Assembly: GCA_040954595.2 (NCBI GenBank)
Contig: CM082580.2
Span: forward strand, 6,641,519-6,705,518
Direction: 5' to 3'
DNA length: 64,000 nt
Source: Balanoglossus misakiensis
Lineage: Eukaryota > Animalia > Hemichordata
A model generated the notes under the pieces. It was not told where the DNA came from. It saw only the letters and a program-made list of their open reading frames with translations, and made no database searches. Position 1 is the first letter of the stretch, and every line of letters begins with the position of its first letter. A program made the position numbers and the translations under genes. Below, one piece after another: positions 27,525 through 39,993 of the stretch.

Positions 27525-30500
27525 GCATATCATGCGACTTTGAATCAGGATTATGTGGTTGGTTCAACGCCCTTAGCGACACTTTCAACTGGACGATCGG
27601 TCAGAATTACACACCCTCTGTGAACACAGGACCCTTATCAGATCACACTCTGGGCACCGAATTGGGTATGTTGAATTTGAACTATTTCTATTTTTGCATT
27701 TTAAAGCAAACATTTCAAACAAGTTTATACAGTATTAACACACGGTGACAATGAAGAACCAACTCCAAACATTTCTGAACTGATTGATTATGTAAAGAAG
27801 ACAATAGAATGTAAGGTACTGTCATTTGAGGGCATGGACTCGTGGAGGTATATACAGAGCTCAGTCAAACGACCGTACCTTACAATACAAAACTTTAACC
27901 CTTTCATCCCCATGTCCCTGTCCGTGGGTTGCACCGTGCCATTGAAAACCATGGGATTCAGGTATAATTTGTAAAACGTTTGGGTAAATCATAACTGAAG
28001 ACTGAACGTTCACTTCTGCAGGTCATTACATGTACATAGAGGCCTCCACCGGTTCTCCCAGGGCCAGAGCTCATTTGCGAACCCTTCCTCTGCAGCACAG
28101 CGGGTACGACTGCAAGCTGACGTTCTGGTACCACATGTACGGCGCCACCATGGGAACGCTGTCTGTCTTCGTCAAGTACGGAGGCAAGTCGGAACTCCTG
28201 TGGAGTCTCTCCGGCGATCAGGGCGAACAGTGGATGCAGGCGATGGTCGATATCGGGCAGAGGGACGAGTTCATTTTGATCATACAGGGAGAAAAGGGAA
28301 CGAGTTACACAGGCGACATGGCCATTGATGATCTTCAGTTCCAAAACTGCGCTGACAGTAAGAGAGTTTTTTGTAATCTTTTCATGTTTCTTGAGAAGTG
28401 CGACTTCCATGGAAATGGCATTGCTAGGGCACCATCTGTACTTACCGGTGTTCTAGTCCCGCTTGCCAAACCTCGAACCTGCATCAGGGCTTGAATGCAA
28501 AGGTGCATGTAGTATATCGTGAGCAGCAAAGCCGCAATACCCGTTCAGGGTCCGGCAAGCCAGACTATATTTTTTTTCTGTATTTTCTTCAGCACTGACC
28601 TTATTGTTGACATTTGAAGTTACAAAAATTGCTACAGTGGAACATCATTCAGAGCTTTTTCTTTTATCATGAACCCATGTTTCATGCCAATATGGATATA
28701 TGATCATTTTGTTGTTTTTGTTGTTTTTTTCAGTGGCTTATGAAAGGCCATGTGTGGATGGTGAATTCCAGTGCCTTGATACACATTGCATTCCATCAGA
28801 TGAAGTGTGCGATTACCGACCGGACTGCCATGACTCATCAGATGAACAGAATTGTGGTAAGGACATGCGTTGTCAAGCTTATTATTGCCATGGTTACATA
28901 TTTATCACTGCTCATCTGAGTCTATGTCAGTACCATTGCATTTCTGACTTAATTGTGTGAACAATCAAACCAAACACAATCCATCTATATATAACAGACA
29001 TGTTCCTTTTACATGGCAAATCCACGTTCAGAAAATATGTATTCCAAAAAGACAGATTCCTGTCGTGTAGTATTTAATTGCTAAGAGCACCTCAAAGCAC
29101 ATTCCCTTTTTTTCATCCAACAGTTGTCAAACCAGGAGACTGTCACTTTGACGAACAGAATCCCCTCTGCAACTGGGTGCAGCCAGATGATGACGACTTT
29201 GACTGGATGGTTGGCTCATCGACGCCTAGCAACTCCTCAGGTCCTTCCTTCGATCACACCAACTCCATGGACAATGGCACCACCAGTGTCTTCAGTGAGT
29301 AAACACTGGATAGGTGTTATTCTTTCCAGTTTGTCAGTGTAGTTGTGAGAAAATGCCAGTGATACTTTGTCTTTCATCTGAGACAGTACAGCTCTAAAGA
29401 ATACAAGATTGAGTCATTTTCGTGTTTTTTTGTACAGGTCAATTTGCCTATGTCGACAGCTCAGTCGGAATGGAAAGCAAGGTGGCAAGAATTTCAACAC
29501 CAAACACTGCGGTATTCCCAGCTAGTAAGGATGTGTGTATTATGAGATTCTGGTATCACATGTATGCTACAGTGGATGGAATGGGTACACTTAGAGTAAG
29601 TAACCTTGACTGTTAATTAATCGTGGATAAAATTGAAATGAGTGAATGGTTCGGATGTTATGGGGGAAAAAAGGAGGGAAAAGTTCAACTAACAGTATAT
29701 GGACAAGGAGAATTGTCTGTGCAGTGACTGTAAACCGTCATTGTGTTAGATATGCTAAGGAATCATGTACTAGAATGTAATTGGTCAAAAGTGCATATAT
29801 GCAAATTAGTCAGGTGACCAGTATTCACCAATCATGAAAAGGCTGAATATATCCACCCTATTTCCACAAATTCATGCATTCTCAAAATAGATAAGTATGG
29901 CCAAGTTTTGCTAGACATTGCTTTGTTAATTGTATCAGCTATCAGGCACCATTCACCAAAACTTTCAAAAATGAACCGCAATTATACATTTTTATTTATA
30001 TTTCACACAATGCGCAGGTTTACACAGAGTCCAACGTCACCAATTCCCAAAGACTATTGATGTGGCATCGGACTGGGAACATGGGGGATCAGTGGAACTA
30101 TGCCAGCGTCGTGATTGGCAATCCCCTTGATTACAGAGTGGTGTTTGAAGCAATTATGGGGGAGAAGTACACATCAGATATTGCCATTGACGATATCACC
30201 TTCACTCCATCGTGTTTGAATCCAGGTAAAAGAAATTCATTCCTGCATGGGCATTTCTTCCGTGAATAATTAAGAGAACGTTATCATGCATATTCATATC
30301 AGTATAGAGTTCAATTTTCTTAGGCTATAAGCAGCAAACTCCTTCCTCTCAATCTTTCCAAAAAATCTTCATATTAAACAAGAGTATCTTTTGACCAACA
30401 GCAACACAAGGTAATTGATACATTTCAGTATATTTTGATATTATACTGCAAAGCCATAAATGCGATGTTTGTGTCTGATTCTAGAGAATGGTAGCATACC

Positions 30501-32326
30501 CATTCCCGGTGTGTGTCTGCGAAGCCAGTTCTACTGCCCGGCTGATAACCTGTGCATCCCCAATGCTTGGGTCAATGATGGTGTTGTTGACTGTCCAACA
30601 GAGTGTTACGATGAAGACAAGTACAGGTTCAAGTGTGGTAAGCTTATGCAGATTCCCTGGCCTTTTCTCGGTTTATTAGATTATTCAGATACCATTACCG
30701 GCCATTGTTGCTAACGTGTGTCCCATGATTTGATCGTCCGACTCCAGCAACTGACTCATTGGAAAATACAAAATATTCTGATTGAAATGCCATTGTGATC
30801 AATTCAGTATTAACCGGGAAGGGGACTTTGGTTCCCCTTCCTGTTTGCATGAATGCTCCGAACAAGATCGTTAATTGTCGTCGAGATAGCTTGAGCAAAG
30901 TTGGCAGTTGGTCATGCTTATGACTGTGGTGTGTTGCTACAGCAATATTCCTGTCGAATGATGTGCCCTAATAGTATTCTTAATTCTATTAAGGATGCAT
31001 TCAATTTCATTCTTTGAACATTTTTCTTATTTTAATAGAGTCATTTGCACCGGTCATTGGTGGTAAAACAAGTAAGTGTGTCTTCCTTAATTCTGTGATA
31101 ATCATGTGGAGATTTGAACTGGTTTTAATAACTTTTCCCAGAAACAGGGAAATAAGACATAGGAAAATCTCACACATTACACCATCATTATACATATGAC
31201 CTCGGATAATGAAAACTCAGATTAAGGTAAAAGTTGATTGAATAAGAATTTTTATTCTGTGGCAGTTGTAGTCACTGTTTTGTTATTGGCTGTTACACAG
31301 GTGCTGGTGTCATAGCTGGAGCTGTGATTGGTGGACTTCTTGCTGCTGTGGTACTCATCGTGGTTGCGGCCTTCTTAGTCGTCAAGTTCAGAGAAAAGTG
31401 AGTGCTGTCAATGTCACCTTGACCTTCAATTAAAGTTGACAGGTGCACACTGCATCAGTTGGTAAACCTCAAGTATAGTCTTGCACATGATATCAATAAC
31501 TCAAGTACTGGTACTGTTGATTTGTAAATACAAATACAGACCAACAAGTGAAATATGCAACTGATGTTTAATGTTTTTTTGTTATTTTTTGTCATGTTTC
31601 CAGGGGTGGCGCTTCACTCAGTTTCAATTTTGGCTTTGGCAGCAAATCGGAAGACAAGGTTTGAGATGTGTTTTTTGTTGTTGCAAATATTTAAAAAACT
31701 GAAAAATTGGACAGTGTGGATGGAAGTGATTAACTTATTGAAAACCAGTTACTTTTTGTTAAAATCAACATTTTTGTGGATTTTCTCCAGGTGCGGATGA
31801 GTGATATTGACTTTGATGTGCCTCCGGAAATTACAGTGAGTAATTTCTTTGTGATTTCTATTTTATTTTCTAATTTGTGTTTGGGGTCAACTCAGCAAGT
31901 AGATATACACGGTCACCTCCAATTTGCATATGTCCATAAATGACAAAAATGGCATATCTGAGTGTTCTAAAGTACATATGGCGGCACTCTTTTTTTTGTG
32001 TTTGCCTCCCACTAAAAAAACTGTGATTGTCTCAGTTTGCCATGGTAACTGTAGCTAAATTTCCATAGTGACTGTATACCTTTAATTCAACTCTTCATTC
32101 AATTAACAGTGGCTATGTAGCTTCACATTAAAAACAAAAGTGAATATGTATGACATTTTTACTTTTTTTTAAAATCATGAATGCAAATTGTGATGTCAGT
32201 GTTCCTCTGGTTTCCTCTATACAGCCCGGACATGAGGCGTACTCTGTGGACAATCCTGTGTATGGAAATCCTGTCCAGGGTGCGGATCCAACCAAGACCG
32301 GGAATGCTCCTACATCTGATGCATAA
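27525..32326 (+). CDS. Second paralogous C-terminal cassette B of the MAM/LDLa receptor (MAM-LDLa-MAM-LDLa-TM-NPVY tail); 12 exons, no own start exon found
   Basis: Exons ~27525-27665, 28022-28357, 28733-28856, 29123-29315, 29458-29596, 30018-30225, 30485-30637, 31039-31071, 31301-31398 ([30 protein letters not shown]), 31603-31658, 31791-31835, 32225-32326 ([16 protein letters not shown]...TSDA*). They match cassette A exon for exon, and the reading frames are open. Confidence 0.8.
28454..28567. mobile_element. Degenerate TAG...CTA MITE
   Basis: Imperfect TIR TAGTCCCGCTTGCC / GGCAAGCCAGACTA; no TSD visible. Confidence 0.45.
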
Positions 32327-33262
32327 TGGATTTTCAGTCACTTTTTAATTTGCATCTCTCTGTTTTTCCTTTCAAAAGAATTAGAACACTTGAACCATGA
32401 TGATGTAGAATTTGTGAATGACTTAATGTAACAAATTTCTCATTATATGTATGTTTTGAATGAATTTCAACAAATTTCACATTATTTAATGCATAAATGG
32501 AATTATTGAATATACCAGTACATTGCTTACAGTAATATTTCATTGTAAAGTCTCTGTTAAAACATGGAAGTTTTTTTCTTATTAACGACTGTTTCAAAAA
32601 TTACTATGAAGATGACTCAAATTTGTCACTTTGTGGATGGAAAGTATTTTTAACGTCCTGAATGAGGATTTTTTTTCATTGGAAGAACAAAATTGTGATT
32701 ATTTAATAATAAGGAAATAAATTGTAATATATATTCAGAACTTAACTGCCTATGAGTCCAAGAACATGTGTAAGTAAGTGCTGTGTGTTTGCAAAGAGTT
32801 GCCAGCTGTCTTTGAAAGCCCAAGAATTTATAACTGATTCCTTAAAAAATGATATTCACCCTTGAAAACAAATACTGCTTGATACATAATGTTATTTTGA
32901 ATGTCACTGTTGAGCTATTGTGTGAGGCAGAAAAGGTGTAATTTAACCTCATGAATTAAACAAAAGAAATGCGCAAACCGTCTTTTAAAACAGAGCCCAC
33001 TTATCTTAGCATAGTAAAACAAAAGGCCTGTTATATTCTTGGCGCTGGGGACGCTGTAAACAGCTCTTTATCGTTTGTGTGTGTGCTCTCTTGGCTTTCA
33101 GTAAATTTATGTTACGTTTTATTTATCCAAAACTCACATAGCAGCATTGGCATTTACCGCACATGAGCATGATACCACATACATGTACATTCGTGTCCCA
33201 TGACCCGTACGGTGTCCTTGGGTCACCCCGTGATGTTCGGGTCAAAGGTTACGTCATTTGCA

Positions 33263-35836
33263 ATGGACCGCTGGGTGAACCGTGTGGCCTTAGTCACAGG
33301 TGCTTCAGTTGGTATTGGAAAAGCAATATCACAGACGCTAGTGGAAAGTGGCATGATTGTTTATGGTTGTGCCAGGAATGTTGACAAAATCAAAGTAAGT
33401 TGAGAGACAGTACTTTCATTTTACCCTTCGTACATCCGTACATTACATGTAAACAGTAAATGCACCTCCTCAGCACAGCACAGCACAGCACAGCATAGCC
33501 GAGTTCAGTAGCTCAAGGTTTTGTCTTGGTTTTGCCATCAAAAATACACAATCCAGGGCAAAACTTTGAGGTACTGAACTGCAGCCACCTGCTAAGCACA
33601 GCACAGCCAGCATTTACTGAGACATTTCCTTTGCAATCAGTCAGTCATATTAGAAATCAAACTATATTATACCTGATGTACAATTATTAGTATATTATAT
33701 ACATATGTATATTGTTGATTTATTTCACAGACTCACTCCGAAGAATTGAAATCCCTGCCAGCCTCAGGATCACTACACCCAGTCAAGTGTGACCTCAGAA
33801 ATGCGGACGAAATTCTATCCATGTTCGCCAGGATCAAGAAAAACCACGGAGGTGTAGATGTGTGCATCAATAATGCCGGAGTTGGTTTTTATTCAACTCT
33901 GCTGGATGGAGACATCGATGACTGGAAAAATATACTTGATGTAAGTTATACATCATCACCCAGTTGATGCATTGATTATTTGTACAATACATGCAGGCTT
34001 CTCTGTCAGTTTGATATTCTCTAAGTCGCATGTGGTCACACACAACGTTCCTCAGGGTGCAGTGAAGGGTCTGAATTATTTGAGCTTCTTGTTACCTTTC
34101 ATATACCAATAAAGGAAATAGATCATTTCCATTGGAGTTGGGCATTGGCCATCTGACAAATTGACTATTACAGTAGTGTTTGATGGATGTGGTTTGTGCA
34201 AGAATGCAGGTATGAGACTAAAGGGCTATACTGCTCAGACCACATTCATTCATTCATTCATTTACTTACTTACTTACTTAAATTTACTTATGCTGCGTTC
34301 ACAATTGTGACATTTGGTTTGGAAAAGGTACAACACACCTGATTACTCATAGTATTTCTGATACTTATGTCAAATTCTTTTTGAGATGTCAATGGCTTGA
34401 TACATCATTTATGAAGATTAATTAAAGATTTTTTTTTAATCTTTTCTTCCAGGTCAATGTGTTGGCTTTGTCAATCTGCACCAGAGAGGCGGTAAAACAA
34501 ATGAGGGAAAGGAATGTGGATGATGGTCACATCATAAATATTAATAGGTAGGATTTAGAATGGATTGATCCACAAATATGATTGTGTTAACCAAATTCAG
34601 ACGAGCAAACATGTCAATCTTCATGCAGAAAGTTTGAGGAGCATTTTTACAGTAAATTTCTCCTATGTTATGTTGAAAACAATTAATCAATCTCTCTGTC
34701 TGTCTTTCTCTTTCTCTGTATCTCTCTCACCCCCTCCCTCCCTCCTTCTCTCTCAACATCTCAGTATGTCTGGTCATAGACTGACACCAAATGTAAATGG
34801 TTATTTTTATGCTGGCACGAAACATATGGTCACTGCACTGACTGAAGGATTACGGAGGGAACTTCGACAATTGGGATCTCACATAAGAGCAACGGTAAGT
34901 GAAAGAATATCTTCTTTCATTTGTTTAGTCCTTCACATTGAACTATGACAGACTTGTTCTTAGTTCTTCTTTGTCCACAGCCAAAGGGCTGGTGATTTGA
35001 TTTTTGTTAGACATGAGTGGGCATGCAATCGGTTTGTTCCCAGATTCGGGATTGTTTGACCTACTTTCCCCTCGTTAAATATGACAAGTGTGATGCTCAA
35101 GTGATTTTCATTGATAATCTGCCATGATGTGTTTTATAATTCCTTTGTAGAGTATTTCACCAGCTATAGTGAGTGACACAGAGTTTGCTCAACGAGCGTC
35201 TAGGGGAAACAAAGAAAAAGCAAGGGGTGTATTCTCAACAATCAAGGTACCGTGAAAATATTTAAAAAACTCCTCCGGTGTGCTATCAAGAATAATATAT
35301 TGTAAGATTAATTGATTTCCAGGCAATAATACAATTTTAATTTTCATTTTTGCAGAACTGTACTGTTTAATCCTGTCTTGGATTTTGAAAATCACAATAA
35401 CAATGCTGATTCTACAGAATGATTGTGTTGAAAAATAAAATACTGAGCAGTTGATAAAAAAAAAAATACTGACAAAAGTAGCCCCAAATTTGGGAGTTAC
35501 TGGGGCTTTAACATTAATACCATCCTCTTCTTAAAACATCATTTCAACAGCATTTGGAATCCAGTGATATGGCTGATATGGTGAAGTATGCCTTGGCTGC
35601 ACCACCCCATGTTGAGGTGTGTCATTTAAATCTTTCCGTTGACATTTCTCAAATTCAAAGATTTTCTTCAGAACATTCCCTCTTGCCCTCTTCGTCAAAA
35701 GTCAATATAAAAAATTGCCGCCAATTTGAGGATCCTTTTTTGACTTTTAGTCCTTCTTATTTATTTGCCTATTTGGACATTTGATTTGTTTCAGATTAAT
35801 GACATTCTAGTAAGAACAACTGAACATAAATTTTAA
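33263..35836 (+). CDS. DHRS11: Dehydrogenase/reductase SDR family member 11-like, 7 exons
   Basis: MDRWVNRVALVTGASVGIG (TGxxxGxG), GGVDVCINNAG, DDGHIININS, YAGTK (YxxxK), EGLRREL and PPHVEINDILVR. Exons ~33263-33394, 33731-33940, 34453-34547, 34765-34894, 35151-35246, 35551-35616, 35795-35836. Confidence 0.88.
33496..33594. mobile_element. 99-bp hairpin MITE with TAG...CTA termini and 9-bp TSD in DHRS11 intron 1
   Basis: Inverted repeat GTTCAGTAGCTCAAGGTTTTGTCTTGG / CCAGGGCAAAACTTTGAGGTACTGAAC. Flanked by AGCACAGCA at 33487-33495 and 33595-33603, but this lies within a (CAGCA)n run, so the TSD is less diagnostic. Confidence 0.6.
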
Positions 35837-37136
35837 TAGAAGACGGATGATTGACAAAATACAAGAACATCATATCTGATCAAGCACTAAATAAACCAAT
35901 TTTTATTTTATATAAATCCTTTTCTAGTCTAGTCTACTGTCTTACAACACCATGCTGTTTCTGCAGAAGATTATAGATTTAGGAAAGAAAAGCTCCAAAA
36001 AATCTTAAATTTGAGCAAAAGAAATATGCAAACTGATCTCAACTAGTAATCAAATCTCAGCTCTGCAAAACAAAAGGCTTAATATACGGTTGGTGCTGGG
36101 GGCGCTGTTATAAGTGCTTTATTATAAACAATTATATGAAGAATATCTGATAGAAGTCTCAAAATAACGCACAAATGACCACGAAAATCAACTTTCACAT
36201 CAGGATGATTCTCGGGACATCTGGCGCTTATGGTAGAGTTACTATATTGGGGGGGGGGGGGGGGGGGGGGGATTATACTATATAATATATTATTCCTGTG
36301 TGGTGCAGTGGAGATTTCACAACTTTTCTAGGAGTAAACCAGATTATATAATGTCATTGACATGTAAACTTAGATCCAGTGACTAGAACTATGGACTGTA
36401 CATCTTCTGTGTGTAAAGTACTAATCATCATTGTCTAGCCCATGGCTAATTGAATACTGTGACCATCAGCTGTATCAGTACTCAGTGTGTGGAGGGTGTG
36501 TGTAAATAAACCAAGAGGTTGTTTCTGTTTCTAGATTTACTGAACTTGACTGATAACTAGACTACTTCTAGAATCTTACAGTTTCCCCACACCATGGAGC
36601 TAATATATGCCAATAGAAAAGCACACATTTTACTAGCGACTTTCAAATGGTGCATGTAAACATCATGTCCAACTTTGTAGTTCAGAGTTGAAAGGTCAGA
36701 GGGTATCTGGTGGTGCATGCACACGTGAGTGGGCAAGATCAGAAAAGATTAACACAATGGAGGTGCTTCAAGACTGGCATGTATGCTGACACCAATTGCA
36801 AAGTTGCTGTGTATACTTACAAACAGTAATTACAGACAGTACACTATATAGAGCACAGTTGGTGTAAGTTTTGTTATCATATATCAGTATGATTTCCATA
36901 TATACATATAGAGTCCCAGTATTATATTGGTCTAGGGGTTTATTATAAAATTATTTAAGTTCTGAATCATGTCTGAGTATATCCTCCATGAACAGACAGA
37001 TTGACCCAAATCCATTGGCCCCCAACCCGGACTGTGTTCACTGGGACTATTAAGAGTGATTATTATCAGCCATTTCATTGCATCATCTATCCAGTGAATT
37101 TAGTTCAGCTGGTTCCTCAGTTTGGTAGTTTGCAGT

Positions 37137-38587
37137 ATGATCACCGAAGACGTCGTACGTGAATATGAAGAAAACGGCGCGGTGTGTCTTCGCGGAGTCT
37201 TCGGCCAGCACTGGGTCGACATGGCACGGGCGGGGATCGAGAAAACCCTGGCCAACCCCAGCCAGTACTCGGAAAACTTGAAAGGGCCCAGCGGACCAGG
37301 AAGGTATTTCAACGACTACTGCAACTGGCAGAAAATTCCGGAGTTTGAAAAATTTGTGTTCGAATCCCCCGCCGCAGAAATTGTTGGAAAGTTGATGAGA
37401 AGCAAGGTGAATTAAGTAATTTGTTTACATAATTTTTTTAAATCATTCAGATATTGAGTTTTGCTTTGTCTATTACATTATGATCAAATACTTTGAGTTA
37501 CAAACTAAAACTGGTGCATAGGGTAGATACGAGAGGATGGCAAAATAACAAACTTCATGGTAGACTGATTATGCATTTGGGGCAGTTCACGTCAAGGTCC
37601 TGACTAAAATTTACACAGAATGTCAGAGAATTAGGTCAAGTAATTTCATTCTAGTCATTGTGTGCAACATTATGAAAGAATTACTTCCGATGACCAGATC
37701 AAGGAGGCCTAGTTACAAGACCGTCTAAACTGTGCATGAATTACTAAAACTCCACATTAAACCAGAACCTATCAGAAAAAGACAGTTTTCTCCTGCTTTA
37801 TCAGGAAGTGGTGTTTTACCACGAACATGTTTTGACTAAAGAGCCTGGCACCATGAAGGAGACCCCATGGCACCAAGACCAAGCCTATTACCCAGTGGAT
37901 GGTGAAAAGGTATTTTAGTCACATTGCTAGACAGTGTTATTGCTACATGTATGTTAATATTTTATAAGTTGAATATTCTGTTACTTCAACATAAGATGGC
38001 AATAGTAATTCCAGTGAACGTGTTTTTTTCTGGTAGGTTTGTTCTATTTGGATGCCAGTGGACCCCGTTTCTATGGAAACCACCATCCAGTATGTCAGGG
38101 GCTCTCACCGCTGGGGGAAGTGGTTTCATCCCAGAAAGTTTGCCACCACCAACAAATATGAGGTGACAAGTAACGACAATGTGGGAAGAACTTATGAAAC
38201 TGTTCCAGATGTCGACAGTGAAATTAACAAGGAGGACATCTTGAAGTGGGATGTGGAGGTACAATGTTTAGCCTTTCGAACCTTGGTGTGATTTGACTCG
38301 CATAAAAAGTTGCATTTCTTTTAAAATGCAAGAATTTTGCAATGACGTTCTTTATTTTTTCACTGCAGCCTGGCGATTGCATTGTTTTCCATATGCTGTC
38401 TTTGCACGGTGCGCCCGGTAACACCTCCCTGACAACACCCAGGAGAATCCTGTCAACAAGATGGCTGGGCGACGACGCTGTCCTAGCAACCAGGCCGTGG
38501 GAAGTCTCTCCTCCAATCACAGGCGGTTTAACACCCGGACAGCGCATGCTGTGCGACAAATTTCCATTGGTGTGGAAAGCCCCGTGA
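37137..38587 (+). CDS. Phytanoyl-CoA dioxygenase (PhyH) family 2OG/Fe(II) oxygenase, 4 coding exons; true start uncertain
   Basis: EYEENGAVCLRGVF; KEPG..ETPWHQDQAYYP (HxD); SIWMPVD; YVRGSH; PGDCIVFHMLSLHGAPGN (distal His); RRILS. Exons ~37137-37406, 37805-37909, 38037-38258, 38369-38587. Confidence 0.82.
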
Positions 38588-39993
38588 GGATTTGGTGCGT
38601 ACGAAGTGACCAAGAAGTGTGGTGAAGCTTGAAGTTTGATTTTTCAGTCAGTGCAAGAAAATAAACCCACTTCCCATATTTTCTGTAAGCTTGTAGACTG
38701 ACAAATAAAACCCACAATCTCTGAAAGGAAGTTGTCTAGTGACTTGAAGTTTTATTCATATGCAAAATGAAGGATTTATCTGCTGCCAAGGCGGAAAATA
38801 CACAGTATTGAAATCTGACAAAAATGTCCGAAATGAAATTCTTATCTCTATTTGAAATTGTATGACGTCAACATGTGTGATTTTTATAAATACTATGAGG
38901 TACGTGTATACATTTTCAAGAATGATGTAGCAGCAAAGAAAGGCTGGTCTTGGTGCTGCAAGACAGTTATAATAATGCTAAAAAATCAATCCAAATTAGT
39001 GCTAAAACTTAAGTGTCACAGCTGCCCTCTACACTGATTCTCAAAACTTAATATATAGGAGGCAGAATAGAGTAAAGGGGTGATTCTACCAAGCATTAGC
39101 CGGTGTGCAGCGTGTACATATACATCTCTCTACATGGTCTTCGACCACTCAAGCTACTTTTAACAAGACATGTACACTATTAAAACACAATCGGCTGTTT
39201 TTACAGATCTGTACACCAGTTTTCTTTGTTTTTCAGAGTTTTTTTTTTGTGTTCAGTTACTGAACACTGCTATTCCAGTTAAAATAGACAGATGATGTAT
39301 GCTCTAAAAAGTTGCGATGTTTATATATTGCCTTGCTTCCCAGTAGACGCCACTTTCAATGTCATAGTCAACTTGTCATCTTTCATAAAATAAAACTTCA
39401 TTACTTTTTCCATGTTTTTGCCAAACTTTTATTAAGACCTGAAGACGATGGAAAATGATTTCAACTTGGTCTAAAATTAAGGGGAACAATTAGAGAAAAT
39501 GGGTGAATCATATTTTCACAATGATCATATCATCTATCTTTTGTCTTACATTTTTAAAATGTATATCCCTTGCCAAAACAAGTGTCTTACTGAATACTGC
39601 TGACACGTTACTTAATAAAATACAGATCTCTAGAAATTTTTAAAAGAAGCTTTTATTAACTGTACGCAAACAGTTCCTGTGCATGTATTTTAATAAAAAG
39701 ACGACTTCTAGTAATGTATCTCACTGGCAATTACGATCTCGTTCAATCCCTGAAATGCAGACGAAGATCCACTGTCTACAAAATGCTCACAAGTACAAGA
39801 ATTTGACTATGACACTATATGGTGTCAGAAATAATGGTGACACGACTTTCTCGTTCAATGTATGTCAAGCAGAAATTTTCAAACTCTTAGTGCATTTCCC
39901 TAATACTTCCGTCCATACACAACTCTTGAACAGACCAACGGAAAGCGGGCGTCTTATAGTTTACAGCAATGACCCCAGTAATGCAGACAGAAG

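Noticed and set aside
36248-36271. Poly-G run (and poly-C at ~60429) as functional G-quadruplex elements
   Set aside because: Simple homopolymers with no supporting context; lengths are also prone to sequencing error.
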